A stretch of DNA of 64,000 nt from Bacteriovoracaceae bacterium (lineage in GTDB: Bacteria; Bdellovibrionota; Bacteriovoracia; Bacteriovoracales; Bacteriovoracaceae). The position numbers and the translations under genes were made by a program. The notes under the pieces are model-generated. The model had not been told where the DNA came from, did not search any database, and was given only the letters and a program-made list of their open reading frames with translations. Shown here piece after piece: positions 8,334 to 18,441 of this stretch (position 1 is the first letter of the stretch; every line of letters starts with the position of its first letter). The stretch is from positions 2,896,146 through 2,960,145 of the forward strand of contig OZ244226.1 of NCBI GenBank assembly GCA_965217035.1. Direction: 5' to 3'.

Positions 8334-10385
8334 ATGAAAATTCTAATCTTTGTTGCGCTACTTTTTTCTAGTTTACTTTATTCTCAAGATCCAAAGGAAA
8401 CAGACTGGGTTGGCTATAGAGCAGAAGGTGAAGAGTATTATAATCCTGTTGATTTTTTTAGTAGTAGGCATAGAGATTTCCCTGAACTTGAAGGTGTGAA
8501 TTCAAAACGGATGAAGATCAATGGAGTCATGGCCGAATATCTTGAGAAGGTAGGAGTTCCTGTACTTATCGGTAATCAAGGAGAGTTTGGTGGTTTTTTT
8601 GATCTTTACTCACCGACGATTACTCGTTCACAATTTTTAAATGAAGTTCCTATCGGTCCAAATAAGAATGGGAGGGTTGGGAATCTTTATCTTATGCAAC
8701 ATGATTTAGCACACCACTTTGCAGGTATTCCAGGGATTCGATATAGTGATCTTCAAAATCCTGAAGAAACTCGTAAGTTAATTGTAGAGATTCTTTTACA
8801 AAAAGAAGTTTTTGCAACGTCTATATCATCTGCTTATTATATTCCTGGCTATATGGAATGGAGAGAGAAACCAGCTTATTCTGAACTTCTTGAATTTAGA
8901 AAATATGCTCAGGGTTATTATAGTGGTCTTGAGCCTATGACAAAAAGTGAGCATGTCGATGTGCTTACTCATTTTATCTATGGTGAAAGAAAAAAGTATA
9001 CAGCGTTTCTTAAGAGGAAGTTAACACCAGAGTCATTGCAAAGAACAAAAGATCTTGGTGTTCCAAGAGCAATACCAGATCTTTCCCAATTTGTTGGAGA
9101 TAAACTTGATTCAAAACTGATGTCGATGATTACAACCTATATCGAACCTATTCATAGCCTTTATAGAAAAATTGGACATTATAATTTCGTTGCTTATTCA
9201 GAAGCGCTGGCTGACTTAATGATGACGGATTGGTATGTGAAATGGTCCGAAGATTTTAAAATCGGTATTCCCTTAGAAGAACTTCACAAAAGAACTAAGG
9301 ATCTTATTGGGCAAATTCGAGCTGATAAAAAATTGACGAACCCGCCAATTGGAAATATTCATCATTTAAGAGGCTGGAAAGAGAATATGCTTAAATCTGA
9401 AATCTCTCTATTGGGACGAAGGATTAATGAAGTTTTGCAAATAGCTGATAGAGCTAAAAGTACAGAAGATCTTGAAAAGCTTTACAATAACCTTGTTAAA
9501 ACTTATGACGAGCTCTTAGGAGGTGCTAGTTTTGAAAAAATTTCGAAAGAATATAAGAGCATTCTTAATATTCTTGAAGTTCAATTTCCTTTAGAGAAGT
9601 ATGTTTCTTGGTCAGTTCGACCTGCAGGAGCTTCGAGTGATAATTTTTGGAGAAATCCATATGGAATTGTCTATAGACGAGGAGACGATCTCAAAAATGC
9701 TAACGCCCCAAGACTTTCTCCTAAATTCCTACAAGGGCAGTATTATAAAAGAAAGTTTTCGAAAGACCGAGTTGGAAGTATCCAGAGAGCGCTTTATGAT
9801 AATTATGAGAGACATCTTGATAATTTAAAACCGAGTTCAAGAATTAATAAATCGACTATTAAAGAAAAATATCTTAGTTCTTTTACTGCCTTTATTGAAG
9901 AAAGTTTATTACCACAATTTCCTTATTTAAATGTTGATCGAAATACAAAGTTAGGAATTGAAAATGCGCTTAACAGACTTATGGTTGATTGGAAAAAATT
10001 AAGTTCGGCAGATATTAGTATTCAAGAAAATAGAAATCTGGTCTATCCTGCTGTAGAGGAAACGGTAGAGGCTCTTTATGAGTTTGTTCGTTTTTATAAG
10101 AGAGGAAAAGGGAATATTTTTAGCAGAAGGAGTGCGCGAAAAACTTTGAAAAAGGTAATTGAACTTCAAGTTCTTTTAACAGGCGGTGAACTAACTTCTA
10201 ATAAGAGTCTCGCTCAGAGAAGTTATAAATATACTTCCCCACCACTTCCAGATTATAAAGCTGGAGAGATCGCCGATATTGTTAGAGATATTAAATTTAA
10301 AAAGTCTCTACCGGTTCGCTATAGTTCCATGGCCGATTGGATTAGCACGAATGAAATCATCGCTTGTGATAGGTATTTAAAGTAG
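8334..10385 (+). CDS. Large secreted hypothetical protein
   Basis: 683 aa, signal peptide, HDLAHH motif. TG-n-TATAAT at 8310-8315 and SD GAGGA. Confidence 0.85.
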   Translation: MKILIFVALLFSSLLYSQDPKETDWVGYRAEGEEYYNPVDFFSSRHRDFPELEGVNSKRMKINGVMAEYLEKVGVPVLIGNQGEFGGFFDLYSPTITRSQFLNEVPIGPNKNGRVGNLYLMQHDLAHHFAGIPGIRYSDLQNPEETRKLIVEILLQKEVFATSISSAYYIPGYMEWREKPAYSELLEFRKYAQGYYSGLEPMTKSEHVDVLTHFIYGERKKYTAFLKRKLTPESLQRTKDLGVPRAIPDLSQFVGDKLDSKLMSMITTYIEPIHSLYRKIGHYNFVAYSEALADLMMTDWYVKWSEDFKIGIPLEELHKRTKDLIGQIRADKKLTNPPIGNIHHLRGWKENMLKSEISLLGRRINEVLQIADRAKSTEDLEKLYNNLVKTYDELLGGASFEKISKEYKSILNILEVQFPLEKYVSWSVRPAGASSDNFWRNPYGIVYRRGDDLKNANAPRLSPKFLQGQYYKRKFSKDRVGSIQRALYDNYERHLDNLKPSSRINKSTIKEKYLSSFTAFIEESLLPQFPYLNVDRNTKLGIENALNRLMVDWKKLSSADISIQENRNLVYPAVEETVEALYEFVRFYKRGKGNIFSRRSARKTLKKVIELQVLLTGGELTSNKSLAQRSYKYTSPPLPDYKAGEIADIVRDIKFKKSLPVRYSSMADWISTNEIIACDRYLK

Positions 10386-10390
10386 GGAGT

Positions 10391-11455
10391 ATGAGACGTT
10401 TTCTGACCATCATTCTCTTGACTTCATTCCTTTCAAGTCCAGCTTATTCTAGGTTTAATTGCGGACAATATTTAATGAACAAAGCTGTTCTCGATATTAA
10501 AGTTGTTATTAAGGACGGGAAAAGAAAATTAAAGATTTTTACAGACTCCAACGCAGTAGGAAGATTTTTTAATACGATATCTGGATTTTTTAATAATACT
10601 TTAGGTCTCGATCGCCTTAAAGAAGCAATTTATCGTTTACAAAAAAATCTAATTGAAATGAAGGGACCATACTTTGCGAAACTCGCGGATGCATTCAAAT
10701 TGAAATCACAAATTACAAAAGGTGACTTTTCAAAAGTTCCAAGGGATAAACCTGTTGTTTTTATTGCCCCTCATCCGCTTTCTGGAATTGATACTTTTCT
10801 TTTAATGAAAGAAATTGAAAAGGTGAGACCTGATACAAAAGTTGTCGTCGCTTCATTCTTAGAGAGCATTCCTGGATTAGCTGAAAATGCCTTTGTGGTA
10901 AATGTCTTAAAAACTCCAGAGGCAAAAGAGTATAATAAAGAAATGATCAAGATTATTAACAAACATGTTGCGGAAGGTAATTCTCTACTTATTTTTCCTT
11001 CTGGATCGGTTTCACGTTGGGATGAAGGAACTAAGGTTCACGCCGTCGATCCGGAGTGGAAGAAAGGCTTTATTAAATTTGGAGAACAGTCCGAGGATAC
11101 TGTTTATGTTCCTCTTTTTGTTGAAGGAGAACCTTCTCAGCAATATCTTAAAATGCGAGAAAAGAATACAACTCTTTCCAATGCTTTAATCTTTAAAGAA
11201 TTGTCTTCTCAAATCGGTTCTACTGTTAAGTTCCAGATTGGAGACAATATCAACTTAAAGGATCTTGAAAGATTTAGTTATGAAGAAAAGATTGATTATT
11301 TCAGAGCAAAACTTTATAGCCTCGGTACAGACTACTTTTACGATAAAAAAGGTGCTGAAGCCTCTATTTCTGATAATTATTCGATAAATGCTCCTTTAGT
11401 GACTAAAAAAGAGTATTACACAATGAAATGGATCGACGAGGCCCTCAAGAAATAG
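10391..11455 (+). CDS. PlsC-superfamily acyltransferase with signal peptide
   Basis: FIAPHPLSGID, LLIFPSGSVS, DPEWKKGF, VYVPLF; N-terminal MRRFLTIILLTSFLSSPAYS. Confidence 0.85.
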   Translation: MRRFLTIILLTSFLSSPAYSRFNCGQYLMNKAVLDIKVVIKDGKRKLKIFTDSNAVGRFFNTISGFFNNTLGLDRLKEAIYRLQKNLIEMKGPYFAKLADAFKLKSQITKGDFSKVPRDKPVVFIAPHPLSGIDTFLLMKEIEKVRPDTKVVVASFLESIPGLAENAFVVNVLKTPEAKEYNKEMIKIINKHVAEGNSLLIFPSGSVSRWDEGTKVHAVDPEWKKGFIKFGEQSEDTVYVPLFVEGEPSQQYLKMREKNTTLSNALIFKELSSQIGSTVKFQIGDNINLKDLERFSYEEKIDYFRAKLYSLGTDYFYDKKGAEASISDNYSINAPLVTKKEYYTMKWIDEALKK

Positions 11456-12296
11456 ATTGGATAATTTCTTTATGAACTAAGCTCGCCTCGGGACAAGGCA
11501 TCAATGGCCAGCAATGAATCATTTCAGGAAAAATTTTAAATTTTATCTGTGTCGAACATCTTTTTGAAAACTCTTTAATTGTAGGATAAAGCACTTCATG
11601 GGTTCCCATATAAATACTTGTCGGGATGCTCCACTGTTCGAATTCTCCAAAAAAAGGCGAAACATAAGGAAGGCTTAGGTTTCCTTTTGCATAGTTTTCT
11701 GCAAAAATTTTGAGACCTTTCATTGAAAGAAAAGGATCTAATTTTTCACATTTTTCTGAATTTATAGAACAGGTCAAATCAATCCAGGGTGAAAGAGTAA
11801 AAATTTGAGAAGGCATTCTCTCTTCTTGTTCATGCAATTTATAAGCAAGACCTAATGTTAATCCTCCTCCAGCCGAAGCACCCATCATGAAATATTCTTG
11901 GTATTTAGGGAGGTAGTTCTTAATGGCTTCTTCTACCCAGAGAAGAGTATCCTTATAAGTGAATTCCGGTGCTTTAGGATAATCCAGAACAAGTCCATCA
12001 CATTGAGTTTTTTCGCAAATTTTCTTTAGAAATGTGAAGTCTTGCTTAAAAGGACCAAGAGAATAGGCTCCAGGATGAAGCCAAATTATGAGTCTTTTAG
12101 ATTTTTTAGGATATAAATAAGTCGAATGCTTGTGATAAGTTTCGAGCTGGTAACCCATTTTTTGAATCATCGGATCTTTGGCGTCAATATTCCGAGAGCG
12201 CATACGAGCAATATCTAAGACATCTGTTTGGTAAGACTTTTTAACTCCTTTAAGACGAAATCCAGCTTTAATAATAGAAGACATAAGACTTGGCAT
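11445..12296 (-). CDS. Alpha/beta hydrolase (HSL-type esterase/lipase)
   Basis: HPGAY, DYPKAPE, GASAGG nucleophile elbow, SPWIDL, EMIHCW. Confidence 0.9.
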   Translation of the reverse strand: MPSLMSSIIKAGFRLKGVKKSYQTDVLDIARMRSRNIDAKDPMIQKMGYQLETYHKHSTYLYPKKSKRLIIWLHPGAYSLGPFKQDFTFLKKICEKTQCDGLVLDYPKAPEFTYKDTLLWVEEAIKNYLPKYQEYFMMGASAGGGLTLGLAYKLHEQEERMPSQIFTLSPWIDLTCSINSEKCEKLDPFLSMKGLKIFAENYAKGNLSLPYVSPFFGEFEQWSIPTSIYMGTHEVLYPTIKEFSKRCSTQIKFKIFPEMIHCWPLMPCPEASLVHKEIIQSIS

Positions 12297-12367
12297 TCTT
12301 CTATTTTAAGCAAGAAATCAATTCTTGTCTTGTTCCTTGAACATGATAATTATGATAATATGCTCAG

Positions 12368-13324
12368 GTGAAGTCATTATTTTTGTTTTTATTTACGCCA
12401 TCGGTTTTATTAGCAGAAATATGGGTGATTAATCGAGACCATTCAGGAATTCATTTTGAAGTTCCTTATCTTCAAATCTCTTCAGTCCATGGTAAATTTA
12501 ATAGTTTTGGTGGGAGCATTCAAAAAAAGGATGATTTAATTGAACAAGTTAATATTAACATACGCTCTGAAACGATTGATACTGGAATTAACTTAAGAGA
12601 TACTCATTTGAGGTCGAATGACTTTCTAGCAGTAAAAGAATATCCTGAAATTTTATTTAATTCTAAAAAAATTATTAAGAATGGAATGGCTTACCTTGCT
12701 GAGGGAGAACTTAAATTCAAAACTGATACTATTCCTCTCACCATCGAATTTACACTCTCAGAAGTTGTGAAGGATACTTGGGAAAAACTGAATCGTTTTG
12801 TAAAGTTTACAGGAAAACTCTATAAAAAAGATCTTAAAATTGATTGGAATAAAACACTTCCTAAAGGTTCATATTTACTTGGTAATGAAATAAAAATTAG
12901 TGGTAGTTTCCAACTGCAACCAAAAGGAAATTTAACAGCTTCCAGCAAACATAAAACGCCCGATAATAAATATCTTAGAAATAGAGAGCGGTTTCAAAGA
13001 GGAGAGACAAATAAGCTGATACAGATGACTGAAGGAATTAAAACCATGCCTTCACTGTTGAAAGAGGAGCCTGCTGAGCAAACTGAAATAATAAGTAAAG
13101 AGTCCTTTAAAAGCAAAACTGATTGGTTTAGTTATATGGCGTTTACGCTTAGTTTTTTATTTGGCCTCTTCGGTTCAGTGGCTCTTTGTTATTTTCTCTA
13201 TCCGATTTTTGAGAAACGAAAATGGCATGATAATGAGTTTTTAGATGATAATTTCAAACATATCGTTTATTTGCTTATTATTGGTGGTTATGTTTACTTT
13301 ACGAGTCTTCTTTTTCCTTTTTAG
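12368..13324 (+). CDS. YceI-family lipid/polyisoprenoid-binding protein with two C-terminal TM helices
   Basis: HSGIHF...VHGKF...IDTGINLRDTHLRSNDF...YPEI motifs. Confidence 0.9.
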   Translation: MKSLFLFLFTPSVLLAEIWVINRDHSGIHFEVPYLQISSVHGKFNSFGGSIQKKDDLIEQVNINIRSETIDTGINLRDTHLRSNDFLAVKEYPEILFNSKKIIKNGMAYLAEGELKFKTDTIPLTIEFTLSEVVKDTWEKLNRFVKFTGKLYKKDLKIDWNKTLPKGSYLLGNEIKISGSFQLQPKGNLTASSKHKTPDNKYLRNRERFQRGETNKLIQMTEGIKTMPSLLKEEPAEQTEIISKESFKSKTDWFSYMAFTLSFLFGLFGSVALCYFLYPIFEKRKWHDNEFLDDNFKHIVYLLIIGGYVYFTSLLFPF

Positions 13325-13430
13325 CTTACGTTCACCGTTTTTTGATTAAAACGCTCTTTTGCTAGTTTACCTTGATAAAGTGAGTGAGGATGTTATGGGT
13401 TATTGGATCAGCTTTTAGTGGCCTTAAGAT

Positions 13431-14108
13431 CTAATTTGAAGCACTAATCCAATGATCGTAGAAACCTTCCCAATAAGTTTTAAAAAAGAGCTTTGGATCA
13501 GCGAACAGATTTATGATTAATTTTACGATTCCACCTGTTTTCATCAGCTCGTAGGATTTATCGGTAATCTTTTTGAAATCGCTTTTACTGATTTCGACGT
13601 AATATTTAATTCCAATTTGGGTTGGACAAGATTTTTTGTCTTTTGGATGTTTTCGAAATGAAAGACTCATGGTGAAGTTTTCGACACCAAAAGCTTGTTT
13701 CTGATTAACCTGATCACATTTTAGCGTAGAGAATTCATTTTTCTGAAAAGTTGAACATTGAATAATAAATCTTGGAAGGAGTTCTCTCGGGAGTTCTACC
13801 ATTTTAGGAAGTGGTCTCAAAACGATAAGAAGGTCATTATTAGAAAGTGCTCCAGGGCGATTTGTTTTTGAAACTCTTTGTTTAGATTGAACCATATCGA
13901 TCAAAGTTATTCCTAATAACTTCATTTTATTTTTTTGATCTTTAGCAATATTGTCCACCTCGCTTAGAGTTGAAAGATCTTTCATTCTCTCAAAAAGAGT
14001 TTCAGGAAGTTTTTCAGAACATTTTGAGTAAGTATCTTCAACTACGATTGTCTGTTTATTAGCAAAAGTACTGAGCGGTAATAATAGTAAAAATAAGAAT
14101 TTCATCAT
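13431..14108 (-). CDS. Secreted hypothetical protein
   Basis: Signal peptide; ATGA overlap with the upstream lipoprotein. Confidence 0.8.
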   Translation of the reverse strand: MMKFLFLLLLPLSTFANKQTIVVEDTYSKCSEKLPETLFERMKDLSTLSEVDNIAKDQKNKMKLLGITLIDMVQSKQRVSKTNRPGALSNNDLLIVLRPLPKMVELPRELLPRFIIQCSTFQKNEFSTLKCDQVNQKQAFGVENFTMSLSFRKHPKDKKSCPTQIGIKYYVEISKSDFKKITDKSYELMKTGGIVKLIINLFADPKLFFKTYWEGFYDHWISASN

Positions 14109-14608
14109 TTGACTTCTTTTAAAGAACTTTCAATTAAAATGAGAGATTGCTCTAAAGCTTTGTTAACTTTTTCAATAGCCTTTTTATGTTCCGGATCAGA
14201 TGGATTGAGAGAATCATATTGAAGTTCTAGTTTTCTAAGCTTATCAAAATTTGTTTCAAGCTCTTCATCTTCGAAGTCAAAAGGATCTTCCACGATTTTC
14301 TTTTTATTTTCATCTTCATCAAGAAAAGCGTCAAACTTATTAATGAGTGGCTTAAAATCTTTAATGACTTCAAGATTTCCATTCAGAACTTCAAATTGGC
14401 TAACCATAACAGTGAAAGAGTTTTTAATAACGCCCATAAAGTCTTTCATGAGTTCCATTGTCGCTCTCATTTGTTTGACTTGTTCCGTTGCCACTTCAGT
14501 TGTTTTATTTAATTGTTCGGTGTTATCGGCCATCCTATCAGCGCTCTTTTCCATCCCGCAGGAAGTCAAAAACAAAATCGTTAAAGAAAGTGTGAACAAT
14601 GTTTTCAT
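14105..14608 (-). CDS. Coiled-coil lipoprotein
   Basis: Lipobox LTSC. Confidence 0.8.
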   Translation of the reverse strand: MKTLFTLSLTILFLTSCGMEKSADRMADNTEQLNKTTEVATEQVKQMRATMELMKDFMGVIKNSFTVMVSQFEVLNGNLEVIKDFKPLINKFDAFLDEDENKKKIVEDPFDFEDEELETNFDKLRKLELQYDSLNPSDPEHKKAIEKVNKALEQSLILIESSLKEVK

Positions 14609-14686
14609 GCCTTATTATTAGACTAAAAAGACATAGTTTGCCAATAAAGAACTAAGACGCAGCTTGTACCTGTAATTATTACTCGA

Positions 14687-16057
14687 TTAGGATTTCAACA
14701 ACTTAGCGATTTCTGTTTTTCGAAATTGAAAGATTTTTTTGACGTCTCGATCGACCAATAAAGGGTTTGCGAGATTTCCAGCTACGGAATAAGGGATTTG
14801 ATAGAGGACTCGATCTGTCATGAGAACCCCTCCATTTACTTCCTGGAATGTATGGGTGTGATGCCAAAGTTTATAGGGTCCTTTAAGCTGAGTATCGACA
14901 AATTCTGCTGGAGGGTTCCAATCAATGATCTTGGTTCTCCATTTGATTGGGAAACCGTGCAGAGAAATTTTATAATCTAAAAGAGTTCCTTCTTGGATAT
15001 TTTCAGTTGAAACATTCAGAATCTTAAAGTTTAACCACGGAGGTGTGATCGCCTCAAGATTCTGAGCATCACTAAAAAACTTAAAGAGTTCCTCTTTTTT
15101 TAAAGGAAACCATTGATGGGTAGTGAGAGAATAAGAAAATTGATCTTTATAAGGTCTCAAAAGATTTTTAAGAGCATCATTTAGGAGTGGGTATTTAAAG
15201 CGAAATCCTTCTTTTAAAAGCTTCTCGGGAATGATCCTTTGCGAATAGAGCACAATATCGCTCATTTCACCAAAAAGAATCTTGATTCCTAAAATTGGGA
15301 CAGGGATAAAAGCAGGTCGATTAACAGTTTTTCCCAAATCTTTAGAAAAGTGCTTCCCTCTCACAGGATTAGGAGAGGTTCCGTTATAAGTTCCCTCTAA
15401 CTTCTTATCGAGTATATAAATTAATTGGGAGACGAGGTCATCAATATGAATCCAACTCATCCACTGTTTCCCTGAACCGAGAGGACCCCCCATCCCCAAG
15501 GTAAATGGGGTGAGCATTTGTTTCAAGGCCCCATCCTCAACTCCAAGAACGATTCCGATTCGAAGACTTGAAGTTTTTATTCCCAGATTTTGAAATTTTT
15601 TGGTTTCATTTTCCCAGTCTTCACAGAGTCTAGGCATAAAGCCTTTTCCAGCTTTTGAACTTTCATCCAAAATCTCATCACCTCGATCACCATAGAAACC
15701 AATAGCCGAAGCGCTTATATAGTGGTGAGGTTTATTAGAAAGTGAAGCAAGTCTTTCATAGATCTTTTGAGCATATTCTATTCGTGAAGTTTGAAGACGT
15801 TTCTTTTTCTCTGTATTCCAGCGACCTTGGACTGATTCTCCTGCCAAATTGATGATAGCATCAATTCCTTCGAAGGCGTCAGTGGGAGGCATCTTTGATG
15901 GGTCTGACCATTCAAAAAAGTTAAAGGGGTAGGAAAGTAAGTCTTTTGCTTTTATGGCATTTCTTGAGATCACGTTAATTTCATGATCTTCTAAGAAAAG
16001 TTGATGAACAAGTTTCTGACCAATAAATCCAGTGGCTCCGAAGATGAGTACTTTCAT
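14687..16057 (-). CDS. TIGR01777 (YfcH-like) NAD-dependent epimerase fused to an SRPBCC domain
   Basis: GATGFIG, INLAGE, SASAIGFYG, QWMSWIHIDD; C-terminal NLEAITPP...FVDTQLKGPYKLWHHTH. Confidence 0.92.
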   Translation of the reverse strand: MKVLIFGATGFIGQKLVHQLFLEDHEINVISRNAIKAKDLLSYPFNFFEWSDPSKMPPTDAFEGIDAIINLAGESVQGRWNTEKKKRLQTSRIEYAQKIYERLASLSNKPHHYISASAIGFYGDRGDEILDESSKAGKGFMPRLCEDWENETKKFQNLGIKTSSLRIGIVLGVEDGALKQMLTPFTLGMGGPLGSGKQWMSWIHIDDLVSQLIYILDKKLEGTYNGTSPNPVRGKHFSKDLGKTVNRPAFIPVPILGIKILFGEMSDIVLYSQRIIPEKLLKEGFRFKYPLLNDALKNLLRPYKDQFSYSLTTHQWFPLKKEELFKFFSDAQNLEAITPPWLNFKILNVSTENIQEGTLLDYKISLHGFPIKWRTKIIDWNPPAEFVDTQLKGPYKLWHHTHTFQEVNGGVLMTDRVLYQIPYSVAGNLANPLLVDRDVKKIFQFRKTEIAKLLKS

Positions 16058-16137
16058 AATTACAATTTAGGTGATTACCGAAGGAAAACAAAGCTTCCGC
16101 TTAGGACATGTCTTAAACAGAAGCTTTTGTATAAGGT

Positions 16138-16614
16138 TTATTTATTTTTCTTAGTAACTTTCTTTTTTGTCGCTTTTTTCTTTGTTGTCTTCTTGGCCGC
16201 TTTTTTCTTTGTCGTTTTCTTTTTAGTTATCTTTTTCTTAACTGCTTTCTTTTTTAGCGCCTTCTTTTTAGTTGTTTTCTTTTTCTTAGTGGCTTTCTTC
16301 TTTGCTTTCGCTAAATCCTCAAATTTCTTTTGGACTTTTGCAAGATCAGCTTTTGCTTCTTTCATAAACTTTTTAGCAGCAGTAATCTCACTTTTGAACT
16401 TCTTGTCAATTGCTTTTTCGATACTTCTTTTTTCTTTCTCAAAGTTCTTTTTGAGATCACGAATATCTTTATCAACAAAATTATTGATGTCTCTTTGAGC
16501 TTCTTTAAGAATTGATTCGAAGTTCTTAATAAGTGAATCAATATTCCCTTGGTTGAAGAAAGCATTGATTTCTTTTTGAAGTTTTTTAAACTGTTTTACA
16601 AACTGATTCGACAT
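16138..16614 (-). CDS. Coiled-coil protein with histone H1-like Lys/Ala/Thr-rich tail
   Basis: C-terminal KKKATKKKKTTKKKALKKK repeats; SD AGGAG. Confidence 0.85.
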   Translation of the reverse strand: MSNQFVKQFKKLQKEINAFFNQGNIDSLIKNFESILKEAQRDINNFVDKDIRDLKKNFEKEKRSIEKAIDKKFKSEITAAKKFMKEAKADLAKVQKKFEDLAKAKKKATKKKKTTKKKALKKKAVKKKITKKKTTKKKAAKKTTKKKATKKKVTKKNK

Positions 16615-16627
16615 TATATTTCTCCTA

Positions 16628-18376
16628 TTAACTAAAATAAAACTTATTCGATTTGTTTATCGGCACTCTGTAGCCAAAACCAAAGCTCTTGGTTTTCACC
16701 TTGATTATAGGGCAAAATTGTCTCCTTTTGTACTCAGAATTCGTATAGAGCTTTAAGGTTTTATCGATATCGGCTTCAGGAAGCTTCATTTTGACTAAAT
16801 CATCCTTAGAGTAACGATAACTCAAAAGGCATTCCAGAATAGTATCAAGAATGGGATAAGGGGGAAGGCTATCAGTATCGTATTGATTTTCTTTTAGCTC
16901 TGCACTTGGCCTTCGATCAATAATTCCTTGGGGAATAAGATCATTTCTTGTCTCATTGAGGTAATGACAGAGGGAGAAAACTTCAGTCTTATAAAGATCA
17001 CCAATAAGAGAAACCGCTCCAACACTATCTCCATACAATGTAGAATAGCCGACAGCAATCTCTGACTTATTTGAGGTATTAACGACAAGTCTTCCTGTTT
17101 GATTCGATCGGGCCATAAGGAGAGTTGCTCTAATTCTGGCTTGAACATTTTCATCAGCTAATCCTTCAAAGTCCTCGGTATAGTTCATATGGAAAGTGTT
17201 TCTAACCATAGAGTGAAGGAACTTTATAGGGACACTTTTAAGAGGGATTTTAAGGTTTTTACAAAGCTTTTCTGAGTATTCATAGCTCTCAGTTTTAGAG
17301 TATTGGCTAGGCATATAAAGCGCTTCAATTGTCTGACCTTCTTTGAGTGAGAGCTTTAAAAGAGCGAGTGTTAAGGCTGAATCAATCCCACCTGAAAGAG
17401 CAACAAGGAAGTGTTGGAAACCATTCTTTCTCGCATATTCCTGAATCCCGAAAGTTAAGGCCTGAATCAGCTCTTCGTGATCGGAATCTTCCAAAGCCTG
17501 AAGCCTGGGTTCTTTACCTGCCGTGAGATGAGGGGCGAAAAGATCCTCCCAGGAATGGTTAACATTAAGAGTGATTGTTTGATAGCGTTTTCTTTTTATC
17601 TTTTCCCAGGGGATTGTCTCAGTTGTTGCTTCAAACAAAGACGCCTGATAAATTTCTTCGTCTCCATTGAGTACGAAACTGCCCCCGTCAAAAAGAATCT
17701 CATCTTCTTCCGCGACAAGATTTACGTAAACTAAAGGAGCTTTTAAGAGATGCGATATCGTTCGTGCCTGTCTTTTTCTTTTCTCAAGCTTTCTCAGCTC
17801 GTAGGGACTCGCACTCATATTAACGATCAGATCAAAGGGCTCCTTTTCTTCACTGAGAAGATCGAGAGGATTTTTCGAGTAGTGAACAGAAGGCCACATA
17901 TCTTCACAGATAAGAAGACCTATTTGCTGTCCTTGCCACTTGATCGTTGTCGATTCTTGTCCCGGAGTGAAGTATTTTCGCTCATCAAAGATGTCATAAT
18001 TAGGAAGCTGCATTTTTGAATAGATTTTTGTTAGTTTCGACCCTGGTTGGGCCATCCAAATCACATTTTCTATTTTTGAGGGAGTTCCACTTTTAGAAAA
18101 CTCGTAATGAAGCCCTCCCATCAGGAAAAGGTGCTCAGATTGTGGAGCATTTTGAAAGCTCTGATTAAGCCGTTCTAGATGAGTGAGGTATTGCTCAATG
18201 AAAGAGTTTTGTAAGCAAAGATCTTGGACAGGGTAACCACAGAGGAAGAGTTCAGGAAAGATGTGCAAGATCGGTTCAGAAAGTGGGTTTTTGAGCTCTT
18301 GAACCACTAATTTTCGAATCCCCTCAAAATCACAAAGGTTCTGTAGATGTTGATGAATTTTTATATTGTGACTCAT
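16628..18376 (-). CDS. nadE: Glutamine-dependent NAD+ synthetase
   Basis: Nitrilase triad (FPELF, K-x-x-LPNY, ICED); SGGIDS, ENVQARIR, NKSEIAVGYSTLYGD, PSAEL. Confidence 0.97.
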   Translation of the reverse strand: MSHNIKIHQHLQNLCDFEGIRKLVVQELKNPLSEPILHIFPELFLCGYPVQDLCLQNSFIEQYLTHLERLNQSFQNAPQSEHLFLMGGLHYEFSKSGTPSKIENVIWMAQPGSKLTKIYSKMQLPNYDIFDERKYFTPGQESTTIKWQGQQIGLLICEDMWPSVHYSKNPLDLLSEEKEPFDLIVNMSASPYELRKLEKRKRQARTISHLLKAPLVYVNLVAEEDEILFDGGSFVLNGDEEIYQASLFEATTETIPWEKIKRKRYQTITLNVNHSWEDLFAPHLTAGKEPRLQALEDSDHEELIQALTFGIQEYARKNGFQHFLVALSGGIDSALTLALLKLSLKEGQTIEALYMPSQYSKTESYEYSEKLCKNLKIPLKSVPIKFLHSMVRNTFHMNYTEDFEGLADENVQARIRATLLMARSNQTGRLVVNTSNKSEIAVGYSTLYGDSVGAVSLIGDLYKTEVFSLCHYLNETRNDLIPQGIIDRRPSAELKENQYDTDSLPPYPILDTILECLLSYRYSKDDLVKMKLPEADIDKTLKLYTNSEYKRRQFCPIIKVKTKSFGFGYRVPINKSNKFYFS

Positions 18377-18441
18377 GTTTCTTGACTCTGTTTTGTATCC
18401 TCGCTACATACAACGAATACACTATAAAGGGTTAAAATTCC

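Noticed and set aside
16001..16498. 165-aa Phe-rich + strand ORF that looks like a membrane protein
   Set aside because: It is the antisense shadow of the Lys-repeat protein (AAA/AAG read as TTT/CTT).
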